Notes: generated by a model from the letters alone, not told the origin. A stretch of DNA of 64,000 bases from Anaerohalosphaeraceae bacterium (GCA_963675525.2 CAXXSL010000011.1:480001-544000); one strand, 5' to 3'. Positions 1 to 10,105 are shown, numbered from the stretch's first letter. Program-made: numbers and translations.

Positions 1-422
1 AAACACATCAAGCATCCGGAATATTGGCTTACTTATATTTAGATCATGACCAAAATAAAGACACAGGAGCCGACATAATTGACCACTCAGGCAACAAAGC
101 CATGCTGGGTACAGAAACAAGAATTGTCCTTCCATTAGGTGTAGCAGTAAATCTTACATCCCAAAAAACTTCCTGCTCAGTCTCTTATGATATTTCCAAT
201 TGGAATCCAGATACAGGTAAATTTGACCCAGAAAGCTTTTCTGCTGATTCTGATTTTTTGCGACCTGAATTAATTAGTTATACCGACGAGGGTATTGAAA
301 TGGCCATTCCTTTAAAATCGTTGAGCTTATCTTTAGGCGATAAATTTAACCTTATTTGCTGTGAGTGGGCTAACAACACGCCCGGCAATACAAATCATAA
401 AGAAATAATACTCCAAGAATAA
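1..422 (+). CDS. Hypothetical protein, 5'-truncated by the window edge
   Basis: Frame of ORF 24..422 is open back to position 3; stop TAA at 420-422; no family recognised. Confidence 0.6.
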   Translation, partial: THQASGILAYLYLDHDQNKDTGADIIDHSGNKAMLGTETRIVLPLGVAVNLTSQKTSCSVSYDISNWNPDTGKFDPESFSADSDFLRPELISYTDEGIEMAIPLKSLSLSLGDKFNLICCEWANNTPGNTNHKEIILQE

Positions 423-460
423 TTATATTATAATCTGTTTAATCTCTGGACAAAAATACC

Positions 461-1429
461 ATGAAAACACTGGATGAATTAAAGGACTTTTATCAAACTG
501 AATTGACCGCCGATTTGCAGCAGTTGGAGGCCAGGCGCAGGCAGGTGGCGCAGAACTCGATGATTGCCGGCGGCGTTGTATTTGTTCTGGGGTTGATCAT
601 TACCGGTGCCATCATGGCGCAGGGTGCTCCGCCGGTGGTGTTGGTATTTGTACTAATCGGCTGTATCGTTGTCGGCGCAATCGCATTCGCCATTATTGGG
701 CGGGGTTACAAAGCCGAATTTAAACAGCGTATCATCAGCAAAATCATCGGATTCCTTGAGCCGGGGCTGACCTATCGGCCCGATGGGCTCATTGACAAAC
801 ACACCTTCAAGGCATCGGCCCTGTTCAATCACAGTATTGACCGCTATAAAGGCGAAGACCGGGTACAGGGCATAGTCGGCAAAACCGACATCGCCTTTTC
901 GGAGATCCATGCCGAATACAAAACCACCTCCGGCACAGGTAAAAACCGCCGGACCCAATGGCACACCATTTTTAAAGGCCTGTTTTTTATCGCCGACTTC
1001 AACAAACATTTTCGGGGGCAAACAGTTGTCCTGCCGGATACGGCGGAGAAGTTGTTCGGCGGTTTCGGCAAAATGCTGCAATCGTGGAATGCCGCCCGCG
1101 CCGACCTGATTAAACTGGAAGACCCGGAATTTGAACGGGAATTTGTCGTGTACGGCAGCGACCAGATCGAAGCCCGCTATATTTTATCACCAGCCCTCAT
1201 GCGGCGGATTCTGGACTTCCAACGCAAAACCGGCACCAAAATCCATCTGTCTTTCACCGGTTCAAACGTCTATGTCGCCCTGCCCATGGCCAAAAACTGT
1301 TTCGAGCCGAAATACTTTGCTGCGGCTGACGATTTTACCGCCATCGCCGAATATTATCACGACCTGAACCTGGCCATCCGTATTGTCGAAGACCTGAACC
1401 TGAATACCCGTATCTGGACGAAAGAGTAA
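461..1429 (+). CDS. DUF3137-like membrane protein
   Basis: Two N-terminal TM helices, then motifs IFKGLFFIADFNKHF, LEDPEFEREFVVYGSDQIEARYILSP. Confidence 0.8.
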   Translation: MKTLDELKDFYQTELTADLQQLEARRRQVAQNSMIAGGVVFVLGLIITGAIMAQGAPPVVLVFVLIGCIVVGAIAFAIIGRGYKAEFKQRIISKIIGFLEPGLTYRPDGLIDKHTFKASALFNHSIDRYKGEDRVQGIVGKTDIAFSEIHAEYKTTSGTGKNRRTQWHTIFKGLFFIADFNKHFRGQTVVLPDTAEKLFGGFGKMLQSWNAARADLIKLEDPEFEREFVVYGSDQIEARYILSPALMRRILDFQRKTGTKIHLSFTGSNVYVALPMAKNCFEPKYFAAADDFTAIAEYYHDLNLAIRIVEDLNLNTRIWTKE

Positions 1430-1432
1430 TTT

Positions 1433-2029
1433 ATGAAAATATGTGTCATTCTTGCTCACCCCGACCCGAAAAGTTTTAACGCCGCTATTGCAGAAACCGC
1501 CGTGGAAGCGTTGAAAGCAAACGGACATGAAGTCATCTTTCATGACCTGTACGGTGAAAAATTCGACCCACTGCTCTATCACGCAGAGTTCACAAAAGAC
1601 GCAACCCTTCCCGAAGACATTCGTCTGCACTGCAACCATATCGCCAACGCAGACGGGATTGTGATTATCCACCCCAACTGGTGGGGACAGCCCCCCGCCA
1701 TTTTAAAAGGCTGGGTGGACCGCGTCATCCGCCCCGGCGTCGCTTATATGTTCGATGAAGGCGACGCCGGCGAAGGCGTACCCGTCGGATTACTCAAAGC
1801 CCATACCGCCGTTGTCCTGAATACCTCCAATACATCCGCCGAACGTGAAGAAAATATCTTCGGCGACCCGCTTGAGCGTATTTGGAAAGACTGTGTCTTC
1901 GACCTGTGCGGCGTGAAAAATTTCCATCGAAAAATGTTTCGCATCATCGTCACCAGTACCCCCGAACAGCGAAAACAATGGCTCCTTGAAACAGCTCAAA
2001 TGATGAACCGTTTTTTCCCACAACATTAA
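1433..2029 (+). CDS. NAD(P)H-dependent oxidoreductase, flavodoxin-like fold (MdaB/KefF-type quinone reductase)
   Basis: AHPDPKSFNAAI, HDLY..FDP, PNWWGQPPAILKGWVDRV motifs. Confidence 0.9.
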   Translation: MKICVILAHPDPKSFNAAIAETAVEALKANGHEVIFHDLYGEKFDPLLYHAEFTKDATLPEDIRLHCNHIANADGIVIIHPNWWGQPPAILKGWVDRVIRPGVAYMFDEGDAGEGVPVGLLKAHTAVVLNTSNTSAEREENIFGDPLERIWKDCVFDLCGVKNFHRKMFRIIVTSTPEQRKQWLLETAQMMNRFFPQH

Positions 2030-2036
2030 GTCTGTC

Positions 2037-2075
2037 AAAAAACTGAGCCCCAAACACGTTATGTTCGGAGCTCAG
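2037..2075 (-). terminator. Intrinsic terminator between convergent genes
   Basis: CTGAGC...GCTCAG stem with an A-run on the + strand (U-tract on -) downstream of 2125..2436. Confidence 0.6.
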
Positions 2076-2124
2076 AATTAGTTGTCAGAGATTTAATCGG
2101 CCTGTTGCCGGAGATGGCCCGATA

Positions 2125-2436
2125 TTATTGAGCAGCATCTGCCTTTTTACAGCTTCCGCCTTCGGCTTTTTTGTCTTTCGTGCAACTTCCTTCTTCCTTT
2201 TTGGTCTCGCCGGCCTTACAACCGTCCTCTTTATCACATGTGCCCTCTTTACAACAGCTTTTTTTCTCTTCTGATTTTGCTTCGCAACTGCCGCAGTTCA
2301 TGGAGCTCGCCTGTGAATTTGCACTGTCCCACGATAGATCAACTGCTGAGCGGTTATCAATTTGGGCCTGTGCTGAAACGGCCATGAGTGCTACTGCCAT
2401 AACTAAGACTGCTAAAGTTGTCATTCTTGCCTTCAT
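2125..2436 (-). CDS. Small secreted Cys/Lys-rich protein
   Basis: Signal peptide (MKARMTTLAVLVMAVALMAVSAQA), RBS AAAGGGA, C-terminal CGSC/CC/GxC repeats. Confidence 0.7.
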   Translation of the reverse strand: MKARMTTLAVLVMAVALMAVSAQAQIDNRSAVDLSWDSANSQASSMNCGSCEAKSEEKKSCCKEGTCDKEDGCKAGETKKEEGSCTKDKKAEGGSCKKADAAQ

Positions 2437-2676
2437 TGTCTGTCCCTTTCTTTCTGTTTTGGATTTTCGTATTTATTGATCATAACTTAGCTCTATCTAC
2501 ACTCTACAAGTGAATATAGTTCACTGATTAGTTACAAAAAATATTAAAATAAATACTTTATCGTGCATAAGCGGCTTTTAATGCTTGAATTTAATTTTTA
2601 GTATAAAAAACTCATATTTCTATGATTGTGACCAAGAGACATCTTTTTTTGTTTTATTAATTATCCCAAATGACTA

Positions 2677-2705
2677 TTGACAGAATAATTATTGCTGTAT
2701 ATCAT
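2677..2705 (+). promoter_or_regulatory. sigma70-type promoter
   Basis: TTGACA-N17-TATCAT upstream of the 2762 gene. Confidence 0.6.
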
Positions 2706-2761
2706 CCTGCCCCTGTTATACAATAAAAGCAAAATGGCCATATTAAAAGGGAGTTAATAAT

Positions 2762-3037
2762 ATGAGTTTTGAGATTAATAAAAACGGTACCGTGCGGTTT
2801 GTATTCACTCCGGCAACCCCCGTCAAGAAAGTCTGGCTGGCCGGTAGTTTCAATGGGTGGGATCCGGAAACAATGCGGAAACAAAAGAACGGTCAATACG
2901 TTCGTAAAGTGGACGTTCCGTGCGGGGTACACCACTATAAATTTATCGTGGATGATACCTGGCAACACGATACGGATAATGACGCATGCCTGCCAAACGA
3001 GTTAGGAACATTAAACTCAGTGATCATTGTGGAATAA
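2762..3037 (+). CDS. Stand-alone glycogen-binding (CBM48/AMPK1_CBM-like) protein
   Basis: KVWLAGSFNGW, HHYKFIVDDTWQHD, NELGTLNSVI; RBS GGGAG. Confidence 0.85.
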   Translation: MSFEINKNGTVRFVFTPATPVKKVWLAGSFNGWDPETMRKQKNGQYVRKVDVPCGVHHYKFIVDDTWQHDTDNDACLPNELGTLNSVIIVE

Positions 3038-3055
3038 ATCCGCCTTCTCTAAAAA

Positions 3056-3514
3056 TTAATGGCGAGAAGGCTTCCTGTCACGTGATGGATCCCTGTCGCG
3101 AGAATTGCCGGATGTTGACTGAATTCTTCTGCGGCTGGTACCACGGGAAGCGGGTCGGGGTTTTTCTTTGCCGGTAATTTCGCCTCTCATTAACTGCAGT
3201 GATTTCAGACAAACCGCTTTTGTTGTACGATCCTGATGCTTTAGGCCCTGTTCGAGCGCCTCGACGGCAATTTTCTTCATTCTGCCCTTCATGTTCCTTA
3301 AACCATAAGCCGCGGCCTTTTTGGCATTTCTCGAATAGTTGCCGAAAAGGGCTTCGCTGAGAACGGCAAATCCGTCCTCCTGGAGCCATGAAAGACGATA
3401 GGCAGCCACTCGCGCGGCTGAAATGTTGCTGGAGAACATTTTCTCTCTGAGATTTCTCAGCAGTTCGATTGTCGCCGGATCCCTCTGACGCTCTGATGGC
3501 TTGCTATCAGACAT
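3056..3514 (-). CDS. HEAT-repeat-like helical protein with a basic tail
   Basis: RVAAYRL, KKAAAYGL, ALEQGLKHQD repeats; RBS GGGAG. Confidence 0.7.
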   Translation of the reverse strand: MSDSKPSERQRDPATIELLRNLREKMFSSNISAARVAAYRLSWLQEDGFAVLSEALFGNYSRNAKKAAAYGLRNMKGRMKKIAVEALEQGLKHQDRTTKAVCLKSLQLMRGEITGKEKPRPASRGTSRRRIQSTSGNSRDRDPSRDRKPSRH

Positions 3515-3540
3515 TTTAAATCTCCCTATTTATCTGACAA

Positions 3541-3569
3541 ATCATATAGCCCCGCACCCCACAGGTCAA
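3541..3569 (-). promoter_or_regulatory. sigma70-type promoter for the 3514 gene
   Basis: Minus strand TTGACC-N17-TATGAT. Confidence 0.6.
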
Positions 3570-4263
3570 GCAGTAAATTAACTGCTCGGCACCCTGTCCA
3601 CTTCCTCATACAGGCTTAAACTGCCGTCGGTTCACCAGAAAACGAAAATACCCACCGAATCGGTTAGCAACGGGCCGCTCCGCAACAGGGGCAACGGTTT
3701 TTGTTAATGAAATAAACCGCATGCGACTGTTTTAAAGGACATTCCAATTCTTCCCTGGGCTGCAAGAGAAGAACAGAATGATCAATCTTTCTTTTTCCGG
3801 AAAAATACCGTTTCAACAAGTTCTTTTCGGGACTCATCGTAATCACGAAAAACCATCCTCGCTGACGATAAATAAAAAAAACACTGCAGGCACACCTTCT
3901 CACGTGCCGACAGTGGCATCATCTATCGATCCAAAATAAAATTCTTCGTTTTTCTCCCACTTCTCCCCTCTCGCTCTCAAGAACAAGACGTATTTTATTA
4001 TAGTCCCCCAAAATACTTTTTTCAAGGGACATTTGAAAATTCGTTAAAAATGCTGAATAGACGACCAAAAAAATGGTGAATCACCTGGAAATAAGAACCT
4101 TAACCACTTTAGAATAAAGCAGTTAGGTCGAGATTGGACAATGGGAATTAAACCTTCTTACCGAGATGGCATTTTCCATGGTTTTCGAGTGATCACATTA
4201 TAAAACTTACACTTTTTGCTTGTATCGTCTTTTCCAGTTGAAACCGTTATCCTTTGATTCGAC

Positions 4264-4293
4264 TTGACGCTACCGGTCTTGCTGGTTTATAAT
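4264..4293 (+). promoter_or_regulatory. sigma70-type promoter, probably leaderless
   Basis: TTGACG-N18-TATAAT ending 6 nt before ATG 4300. Confidence 0.55.
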
Positions 4294-4299
4294 CACATC

Positions 4300-5043
4300 A
4301 TGGTGAAGTTTTCGACTCTCATTCTGATGAGTTCTCTTTTTTTGGCGGGGTGTCAAAACCCTACGTCAGCACCGGACAGCCATTACGGACAGGTATCCCG
4401 CCAGATCGAACAATTAAAGACCACCGCAGACATCGGCGACAATATTAAAGTGGTTGTCAATTCCCTGACCGTCAGCAGCGAGGATGCATTCTCGATCGAT
4501 ACGTTATGGCGCTATGCCGACAAAAACGTAACGATCACCAACCGGCCAGACGTATACGCCCGGTCGGGTCTGCAGATCGGCCTGGCTGGTGAGAATTTTA
4601 AAGCCCGGATCGATGTCACGAAACAGCAGTTGAAATCTTCCGAAGAAAGTGAGATTTTCCTGGTGCTGGCTGATGGCAGTACCGGCTACATCAGCATTGG
4701 ACAGGTAATTTCCGTTCCGCGATTTTACTATTCAGGACGATGGTATTCCGGGGTCGCATATGAATTTCGGCGTGCCGGACGCTCACTCGAGGTGGCGGTT
4801 CGAAAGCTTCCCTCCGGCTTGATCGATATTGAACTGACCCCTGTTTTCTCCCGATTTCTAAATAATGGGGGTGATTTAAAACTGACCGAACTTTCCACAC
4901 GGGTCATGGTTCGTCCCGGACAGACGATCATGATCGGCGGCGGCAACACCCAAGAGGAAAACGTCGCAACAGCCTTATTCAGTTACAGCAAAACGGGCCA
5001 GACAAAACAAACACTTATCACCGTTACGCCCTATACCAACTAA
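4300..5043 (+). CDS. Lipoprotein with a secretin-like (T2SS/T3SS secretin C-terminal-like) domain
   Basis: Lipobox LFLAGC; LEVAVR..SGLIDIELTPVFS...STRVMVRPGQTIMIGG resembles secretin beta-strands; ATG 4300 preferred over TTG 4264. Confidence 0.6.
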   Translation: MVKFSTLILMSSLFLAGCQNPTSAPDSHYGQVSRQIEQLKTTADIGDNIKVVVNSLTVSSEDAFSIDTLWRYADKNVTITNRPDVYARSGLQIGLAGENFKARIDVTKQQLKSSEESEIFLVLADGSTGYISIGQVISVPRFYYSGRWYSGVAYEFRRAGRSLEVAVRKLPSGLIDIELTPVFSRFLNNGGDLKLTELSTRVMVRPGQTIMIGGGNTQEENVATALFSYSKTGQTKQTLITVTPYTN

Positions 5044-5112
5044 CGGGAGTCGAGACTGATTGACGCCATTGTGACTGGAAAATGTCATAATAATTAAGGC
5101 AAGGAAAAACGT

Positions 5113-6222
5113 ATGATGTACAAAGTGGAAAATTTCATCGCAGCGGCGGAAAAGTACGAAGCTTCCGATATTCATCTGACAACAGGCGAACATCCGCGCA
5201 TGCGGATCAATGCGAAACTTAGAACGATTGGAGGCGAAGAGGCTGTTCTTACCGAAGAAAACATACTGAGCATTATACAGTCCACACAACAGGGAGGTCA
5301 AAAGGAACGATGCATCAAACTCCTTCAGCAAAACGGCTCTGTCGATTATTCATACGAGGTATCCCTGGAAGGAAAGCCCCTGCGATATCGCTTCCAGGTC
5401 TATCGTTCCATGGGGAAATTTTCGATCGCCATGCGGCGAATCCGTTATGAGATTCCTACATTTGAACAACTGCACCTTCCGCCCATCTATGAAGCCGTCA
5501 TAAAGAATGCCGAACAAAAAGGAATCATTATCGTGGGCGGCGAAACCGGAAGCGGCAAATCATCCACCCTAGCAGCCATGATCGGCTACATCAGCAGACG
5601 AGCCGACAAACACATTGTAACCATCGAAGATCCTGTCGAATTCGTCTTTCGAGAATCAAAAGGACTGGTCCATCAGAGGGAAATGGGGTTGGATTTTCCA
5701 AATTACGCAGAAGCACTTCGTGCTGTCTTGCGAGAAGACCCGAATATCATCATGATAGGAGAAATGAGAGATGCCGACACGGTGCACGCGGCCATAAAAG
5801 CCGCCGAGACAGGGCATCTTGTACTCACGTCTCTCCATACCGCTACGGCAGCCTGGACGTTTAGCCGAATCCTTAACTTTTTCAAAGAAGCCGAGCATGA
5901 TGCCGTCAGGTTGAATCTGAGTTATAATCTGCTGGCAATCATGAACCAGATGCTCCTGCCGTCAGAAGAAGAAAGTATCGGTGTTATTCCGGCAACAGAA
6001 GTTTTTATCAATACACCGTCGGTCAGGCAGTACCTGAAAGAAAAAGATAAGGAATCCCAGCTTTCCGATGTCATCAAAGAGGGCCACGATGGGATGCACA
6101 GCTTCAATATGTCTTTAGCGCGTCTGATCAAAGACGGCCATATCGGAATAACGCAGGCGAAGGCCTGCTCGCACAATCCGCAGGAGCTTGAAATGCTTGT
6201 TAAGGTGACTGAAACCCGATAA
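5113..6222 (+). CDS. pilT: Type IV pilus retraction ATPase, PilT/PilU family
   Basis: ASDIHL, Walker A GETGSGKSSTLAAMI, TIEDPVEF, LREDPNIIMIGEMRD, AETGHLV.TSLHT. Confidence 0.9.
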   Translation: MMYKVENFIAAAEKYEASDIHLTTGEHPRMRINAKLRTIGGEEAVLTEENILSIIQSTQQGGQKERCIKLLQQNGSVDYSYEVSLEGKPLRYRFQVYRSMGKFSIAMRRIRYEIPTFEQLHLPPIYEAVIKNAEQKGIIIVGGETGSGKSSTLAAMIGYISRRADKHIVTIEDPVEFVFRESKGLVHQREMGLDFPNYAEALRAVLREDPNIIMIGEMRDADTVHAAIKAAETGHLVLTSLHTATAAWTFSRILNFFKEAEHDAVRLNLSYNLLAIMNQMLLPSEEESIGVIPATEVFINTPSVRQYLKEKDKESQLSDVIKEGHDGMHSFNMSLARLIKDGHIGITQAKACSHNPQELEMLVKVTETR

Positions 6223-6514
6223 CTCCAAATGGCATTAAAAAGTAAAGCCTATAGGTTATTGCGAACAAAACCATTCCTAAAACTCTGCAAGAACCATCAA
6301 GCAGTCATCCGGTCAAGTCGCTTATGCGCCCTGTTTTTGTTCAAAAAAACTGTGTCTCTATTACAACTCATCAAATACTCTGATCTAACTGAGAACCCTG
6401 CCAGGATCTAAAAAGATTAATGGTGATGTCTCAGGATATCTCAAGTGACTTGAACGAAAATTAGCAATGACAATTATATCAAGAACGGCGTATATTGATG
6501 CTCTCGACTCCATT

Positions 6515-9496
6515 CTACTTACCGTAAATTTCAATCTCCACAATTTTGAGTGTTCCCTTGGCATCGGGGTCGGCGCTAACAGTGCCTGCCGCATCTTTTT
6601 TGCCTGTGACCTCGACAATATCGAACGCATCCATGTCGGTATTGGCTCCGATCAGTTCGATCGTCAGACTTTTTCCGCTGACAGGCTCAAATCGGACAGT
6701 GTAATAACCCAGATTTCGCTCGGTCGAACCTTTAAATACTTCTTTTTGGTCGATGAGAATACGAACCGGATAACTGCGCGTTCGCCAGTTAGCAAGCTTA
6801 AGGACCACTTCGCTGACTTCGGCAGGTTTTTCAAAATCATATCGAATCCAACCCGTCGCCAGCTTTCCATCGTTGGCCCATGCGGTTATTTCATTATCAT
6901 CAAAACTGGAAACCGCATCCTCCTGATTCGAACCTGCCGTCGCATGGACAATGTCTACCGGGATCCGTGACACCTTAAATGAGGGGCTTTGGGGCGTGGG
7001 TCCGCGATCCAAATAACACGGCAGTCCCGCATCCGGCATGGCCAATGAAAGCCCGCCTGATATAGTAAACGGTTTGGAAACAATGCTGATAGAATCAGAC
7101 TGCAGGCCTTCCGATGCGGCCTTTAGTACAATGGTTCCGGTTTGTGTTGTCGACCGAATCAAAACACGGTTTACACCACACTCAACGGGAAGACTTTTTG
7201 ACAAAATATAGTTGTCGGGCCCCTGTGCAATCCCGCCGCGCCATTCAGCGGGACCTTCTAAAACAAAATCAATCGTATTCAATGCCGTCGGACATCGATT
7301 GCCGTCGGCATCGGTCACCTCCACATCGACCAGCGCCATGTCCGCGCCATCTGCCCGAAGTCCCTGCGGGGCGGTATGCATTTTCAAGCGAATGCGCTGG
7401 GCCTCTCCGGCCGTCTTCTTTTCCGCATCGCAGATTTTTTGGCCCTTGCTGTCATATCCGACCGCACGAATGACCCCCGGCTTCCATTCAATATCCTTGA
7501 AGGTGTAAAGAAACCGATAACTTTGCTCGCCGAAGCCCATGGAATTATCATTGATAAATAATTCCACCTTATCGGCACTGGAAACAGCATAAACGTTCTT
7601 TTTGACCCCCGGTCCATAATTCCAGTGCCCCATGATATGAATCCGCGGATGTTCGACATCGACCCAACCGTCCCACATGACCTGATGCGCGTAAAAACCA
7701 TCTTTGGGAATCCGCATCGGATCGACTTCGCCGCTGCGGCGGTAGTTTTCTGCTCCGCGGAAATGCGTATTCGTATCGGAAAAAATAATATTTACCCCGC
7801 CGGAACTGACACGTTTACCCGTACCGGGCCGACATTCCCAATAATCATACCAACGCACGATATTCTCAATCGCATGCGAGTCCTGGTTGCGGTTATAAGA
7901 CTCAGGAAGGTTCTTACCGCGGCGGGGACCGTCACCGTCTTTGTGGTATGGCGGCGTAAACTCATCCCAGTACTTGCGAAGTCCCTCATCACGTGAGTAT
8001 TCCATCGCCCACATTGGAATTCGCGCGCTTTTATTGATATACAACATCTCACCGCCGTACTCAGCCACTTGACTGTCCAGCATTTCTCGGCATCCCGACG
8101 CACGGCCGCCGTGTGGGTCATACTGATCGCGCAAACTTTTTAAATCCTGCATATGAGGATCGCTGATATTTTCATTGCCGCCCTCATAAAACAAAATGCT
8201 GGGATTATTTCGATTGTAAATAATTGCATCCCGCATCAGTTCGACACGCTGCTCCCAGCGGCGGCCCGTCACATCTTTTTCCGAATCGCCAGCCGGCATC
8301 GCCTGAATCAAGCCCACCCGGTCACACGACTCGATATCCTGCTTGCTGGGCGTAATATGCATCCAGCGAACAAGATTTCCGTTGCTTTCAACCATCAGTT
8401 GATTACTGAAATCGCTCATCCACGGCGGTATCGAAATCCCCACCGCCGGCCACTCGTTACTCGTACGCTGAGCGTAGCCTTTCATCTGAAGCACGCGGTC
8501 ATTGAGCTTAATCATCCCATTGCCAAACTCGGTCTTCCGAAAACCCGTACGGGTTTTGACAACATCTACCACGACACCATCGATTTTAAGAACCGTATAG
8601 ACTTCATAGAGATAGCCGTACCCCCAACTCCAGAAGTTCAGCCCTTCGACCTTGTCGGTTGCCCGAACCACCTGGGTACCGCCGGGGGCAATCGTACAGG
8701 GATAACCCGTCATCGTTTTGATAACCTCACCATCCATATCCAGCATCCTGACTTCGTATTGAAATGTACGAGCAACGGGATATTCGTTGCGGACCTGTGA
8801 TTCGGCGGTAATCGTCGCGGTCTTATTGGGAATATCAAAATCTCGTGCATAGATATACACGCCGGTTGTACCCAGTGTCGAATACAGCGGCAGCGTCTGA
8901 TACAATTTATCGGTGAAATGAAGCTTTGCGTTCTTTGAAATGCCGCCGTAGTTGGCATTGAAATTCCGGTCACTCCATTGGTATTTACTGTTTGTCGCTT
9001 TCTCCCGATAGTCCCAGTCATTGTCTATGCGTACGGCAAGAACGTTTTGCACCGGCGCTGCTTTGACCAGTTGGGTAATATCAAAGCCAAATGCCATCGC
9101 TCCGTTTTCGTGCCGACCGATATATTCACCATTTAGATAAAATTCGCCACCCTGTCGAATCCCTTCAAATTCTATAAAAATTTTGTAGCTGGAGTGTTTT
9201 TCCGGTATCACAAAATCCTTGCGGTACCATGCAATCCCGGTTGACAGATCGTGTATATCTTTCTTAAAAGCTTCCTGCTCGTTCCATGCATAGGGCAATG
9301 TCACATGCTTCCACTTGCTGTCATCAAAGGCCGTCTTTTCCGCGCCGTCCGGATCGCCAACAAAAACCTTCCATCCGGGATTGAAATTATACGTAATTCG
9401 CGAAGACTCCGGCAATGCACCGGACGCACTTGCAGAGAGCGTTAAACTCAAAGACAGAACGAATACCGCAGCAAATTGGACTGTGGAAATACGCAT
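6515..9496 (-). CDS. Glycoside hydrolase family 2 (beta-galactosidase-like; DUF4982-like and C-terminal discoidin-like domains), secreted
   Basis: WYRKDF, EFEGIR, RNNPSILFYEGGNE acid/base region, MEYSRDE; signal peptide from ATG 9496 with RBS GGAG. Confidence 0.85.
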   Translation of the reverse strand: MRISTVQFAAVFVLSLSLTLSASASGALPESSRITYNFNPGWKVFVGDPDGAEKTAFDDSKWKHVTLPYAWNEQEAFKKDIHDLSTGIAWYRKDFVIPEKHSSYKIFIEFEGIRQGGEFYLNGEYIGRHENGAMAFGFDITQLVKAAPVQNVLAVRIDNDWDYREKATNSKYQWSDRNFNANYGGISKNAKLHFTDKLYQTLPLYSTLGTTGVYIYARDFDIPNKTATITAESQVRNEYPVARTFQYEVRMLDMDGEVIKTMTGYPCTIAPGGTQVVRATDKVEGLNFWSWGYGYLYEVYTVLKIDGVVVDVVKTRTGFRKTEFGNGMIKLNDRVLQMKGYAQRTSNEWPAVGISIPPWMSDFSNQLMVESNGNLVRWMHITPSKQDIESCDRVGLIQAMPAGDSEKDVTGRRWEQRVELMRDAIIYNRNNPSILFYEGGNENISDPHMQDLKSLRDQYDPHGGRASGCREMLDSQVAEYGGEMLYINKSARIPMWAMEYSRDEGLRKYWDEFTPPYHKDGDGPRRGKNLPESYNRNQDSHAIENIVRWYDYWECRPGTGKRVSSGGVNIIFSDTNTHFRGAENYRRSGEVDPMRIPKDGFYAHQVMWDGWVDVEHPRIHIMGHWNYGPGVKKNVYAVSSADKVELFINDNSMGFGEQSYRFLYTFKDIEWKPGVIRAVGYDSKGQKICDAEKKTAGEAQRIRLKMHTAPQGLRADGADMALVDVEVTDADGNRCPTALNTIDFVLEGPAEWRGGIAQGPDNYILSKSLPVECGVNRVLIRSTTQTGTIVLKAASEGLQSDSISIVSKPFTISGGLSLAMPDAGLPCYLDRGPTPQSPSFKVSRIPVDIVHATAGSNQEDAVSSFDDNEITAWANDGKLATGWIRYDFEKPAEVSEVVLKLANWRTRSYPVRILIDQKEVFKGSTERNLGYYTVRFEPVSGKSLTIELIGANTDMDAFDIVEVTGKKDAAGTVSADPDAKGTLKIVEIEIYGK

Positions 9497-9591
9497 GTGT
9501 AAACTCCGTTTCTCATAAATTTGATTGGACAATTGCGATACTTTAACCCGGATTGCAGAAATCTCTCTTGCGACAAAGCCGCTCAATAAAT

Positions 9592-9644
9592 TGCGGGCCA
9601 GAGAAGTCGAACCTCCATACCACGAGGGTACAAGAACCTAAATC
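9592..9644 (-). tRNA. 3' fragment of tRNA-Leu(TAG) (pseudo-tRNA / att-like remnant)
   Basis: Minus strand GA-TTTAGGT-TCTTG (anticodon loop and 3' stem), long variable arm TACCCTCGTGGTA, T-arm GGAGG-TTCGACT-TCTCT, acceptor strand GGCCCGC-A; no D-arm or 5' acceptor strand upstream. Confidence 0.75.
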
Positions 9645-9747
9645 AAACCGGAGACCTATAACGCTTTTATAACAGGAAAAACTTGGGTAGGCAAGTCAGA
9701 AAGAGTCGAATCGTAATTTTCTATGCCGCCTGCAATACCGATGCGAT

Positions 9748-9867
9748 CAAGTTTATCTGGGCGATGTGAATGCGGACTGTAAAGTTAATCTGATCGATTT
9801 TGGAATTCTGGCCAGTCAGTGGCTGAATTCTCCCGGAACTCTTTCGGCAGATATGATTCCAATGTGA
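9748..9867 (+). pseudogene. Orphan dockerin-like domain remnant
   Basis: Frame from 9748 reads QVYLGDVNADCKVNLIDFGILASQWLNSPGTLSADMIPM*, with no start or signal peptide. Confidence 0.6.
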
Positions 9868-10020
9868 AATACCGATTAAAATGTGGATGTCTCACGTCTT
9901 AATAAGCTCCTCTTAAGATTGTCTTAGTAATGCATCACAGATGTAATATGAGATTTATCGCTATCAGTGCTATTTGGGTTATTGGGGACAGAACTCGAAA
10001 AAAGGACAAATATAGCCTTT

Positions 10021-10105
10021 TTCGCGCAAAATGAAAATTCAAATTGCGCAAATCAACTCTTTGCTAACCAATAATCTTGCATGAAACGCCTTTTTTTGCT
10101 AAAAT
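10021..10105 (+). promoter_or_regulatory. GCGC direct-repeat operator plus sigma70 promoter of the PL1 array
   Basis: TCGCGCAAAA...TTGCGCAAA (GCGC at 10024 and 10046, period 22); TTGCAT(10077)-N17-TAAAAT(10100). Confidence 0.65.

Noticed and set aside
3664..3960. 79-aa Cys-containing ORF and a GCCACTG motif suggesting a cobalamin riboswitch
   Set aside because: No convincing RBS or family; the other conserved riboswitch elements are not visible
6229..6970. Short ORFs 6229..6411, 6385..6630 and 6467..6970
   Set aside because: No recognisable features; largely antisense to or overlapping the GH2 end and intergenic DNA
9592..9680. Intact tRNA-Leu gene
   Set aside because: No D-arm or complementary 5' acceptor strand; reported only as a fragment
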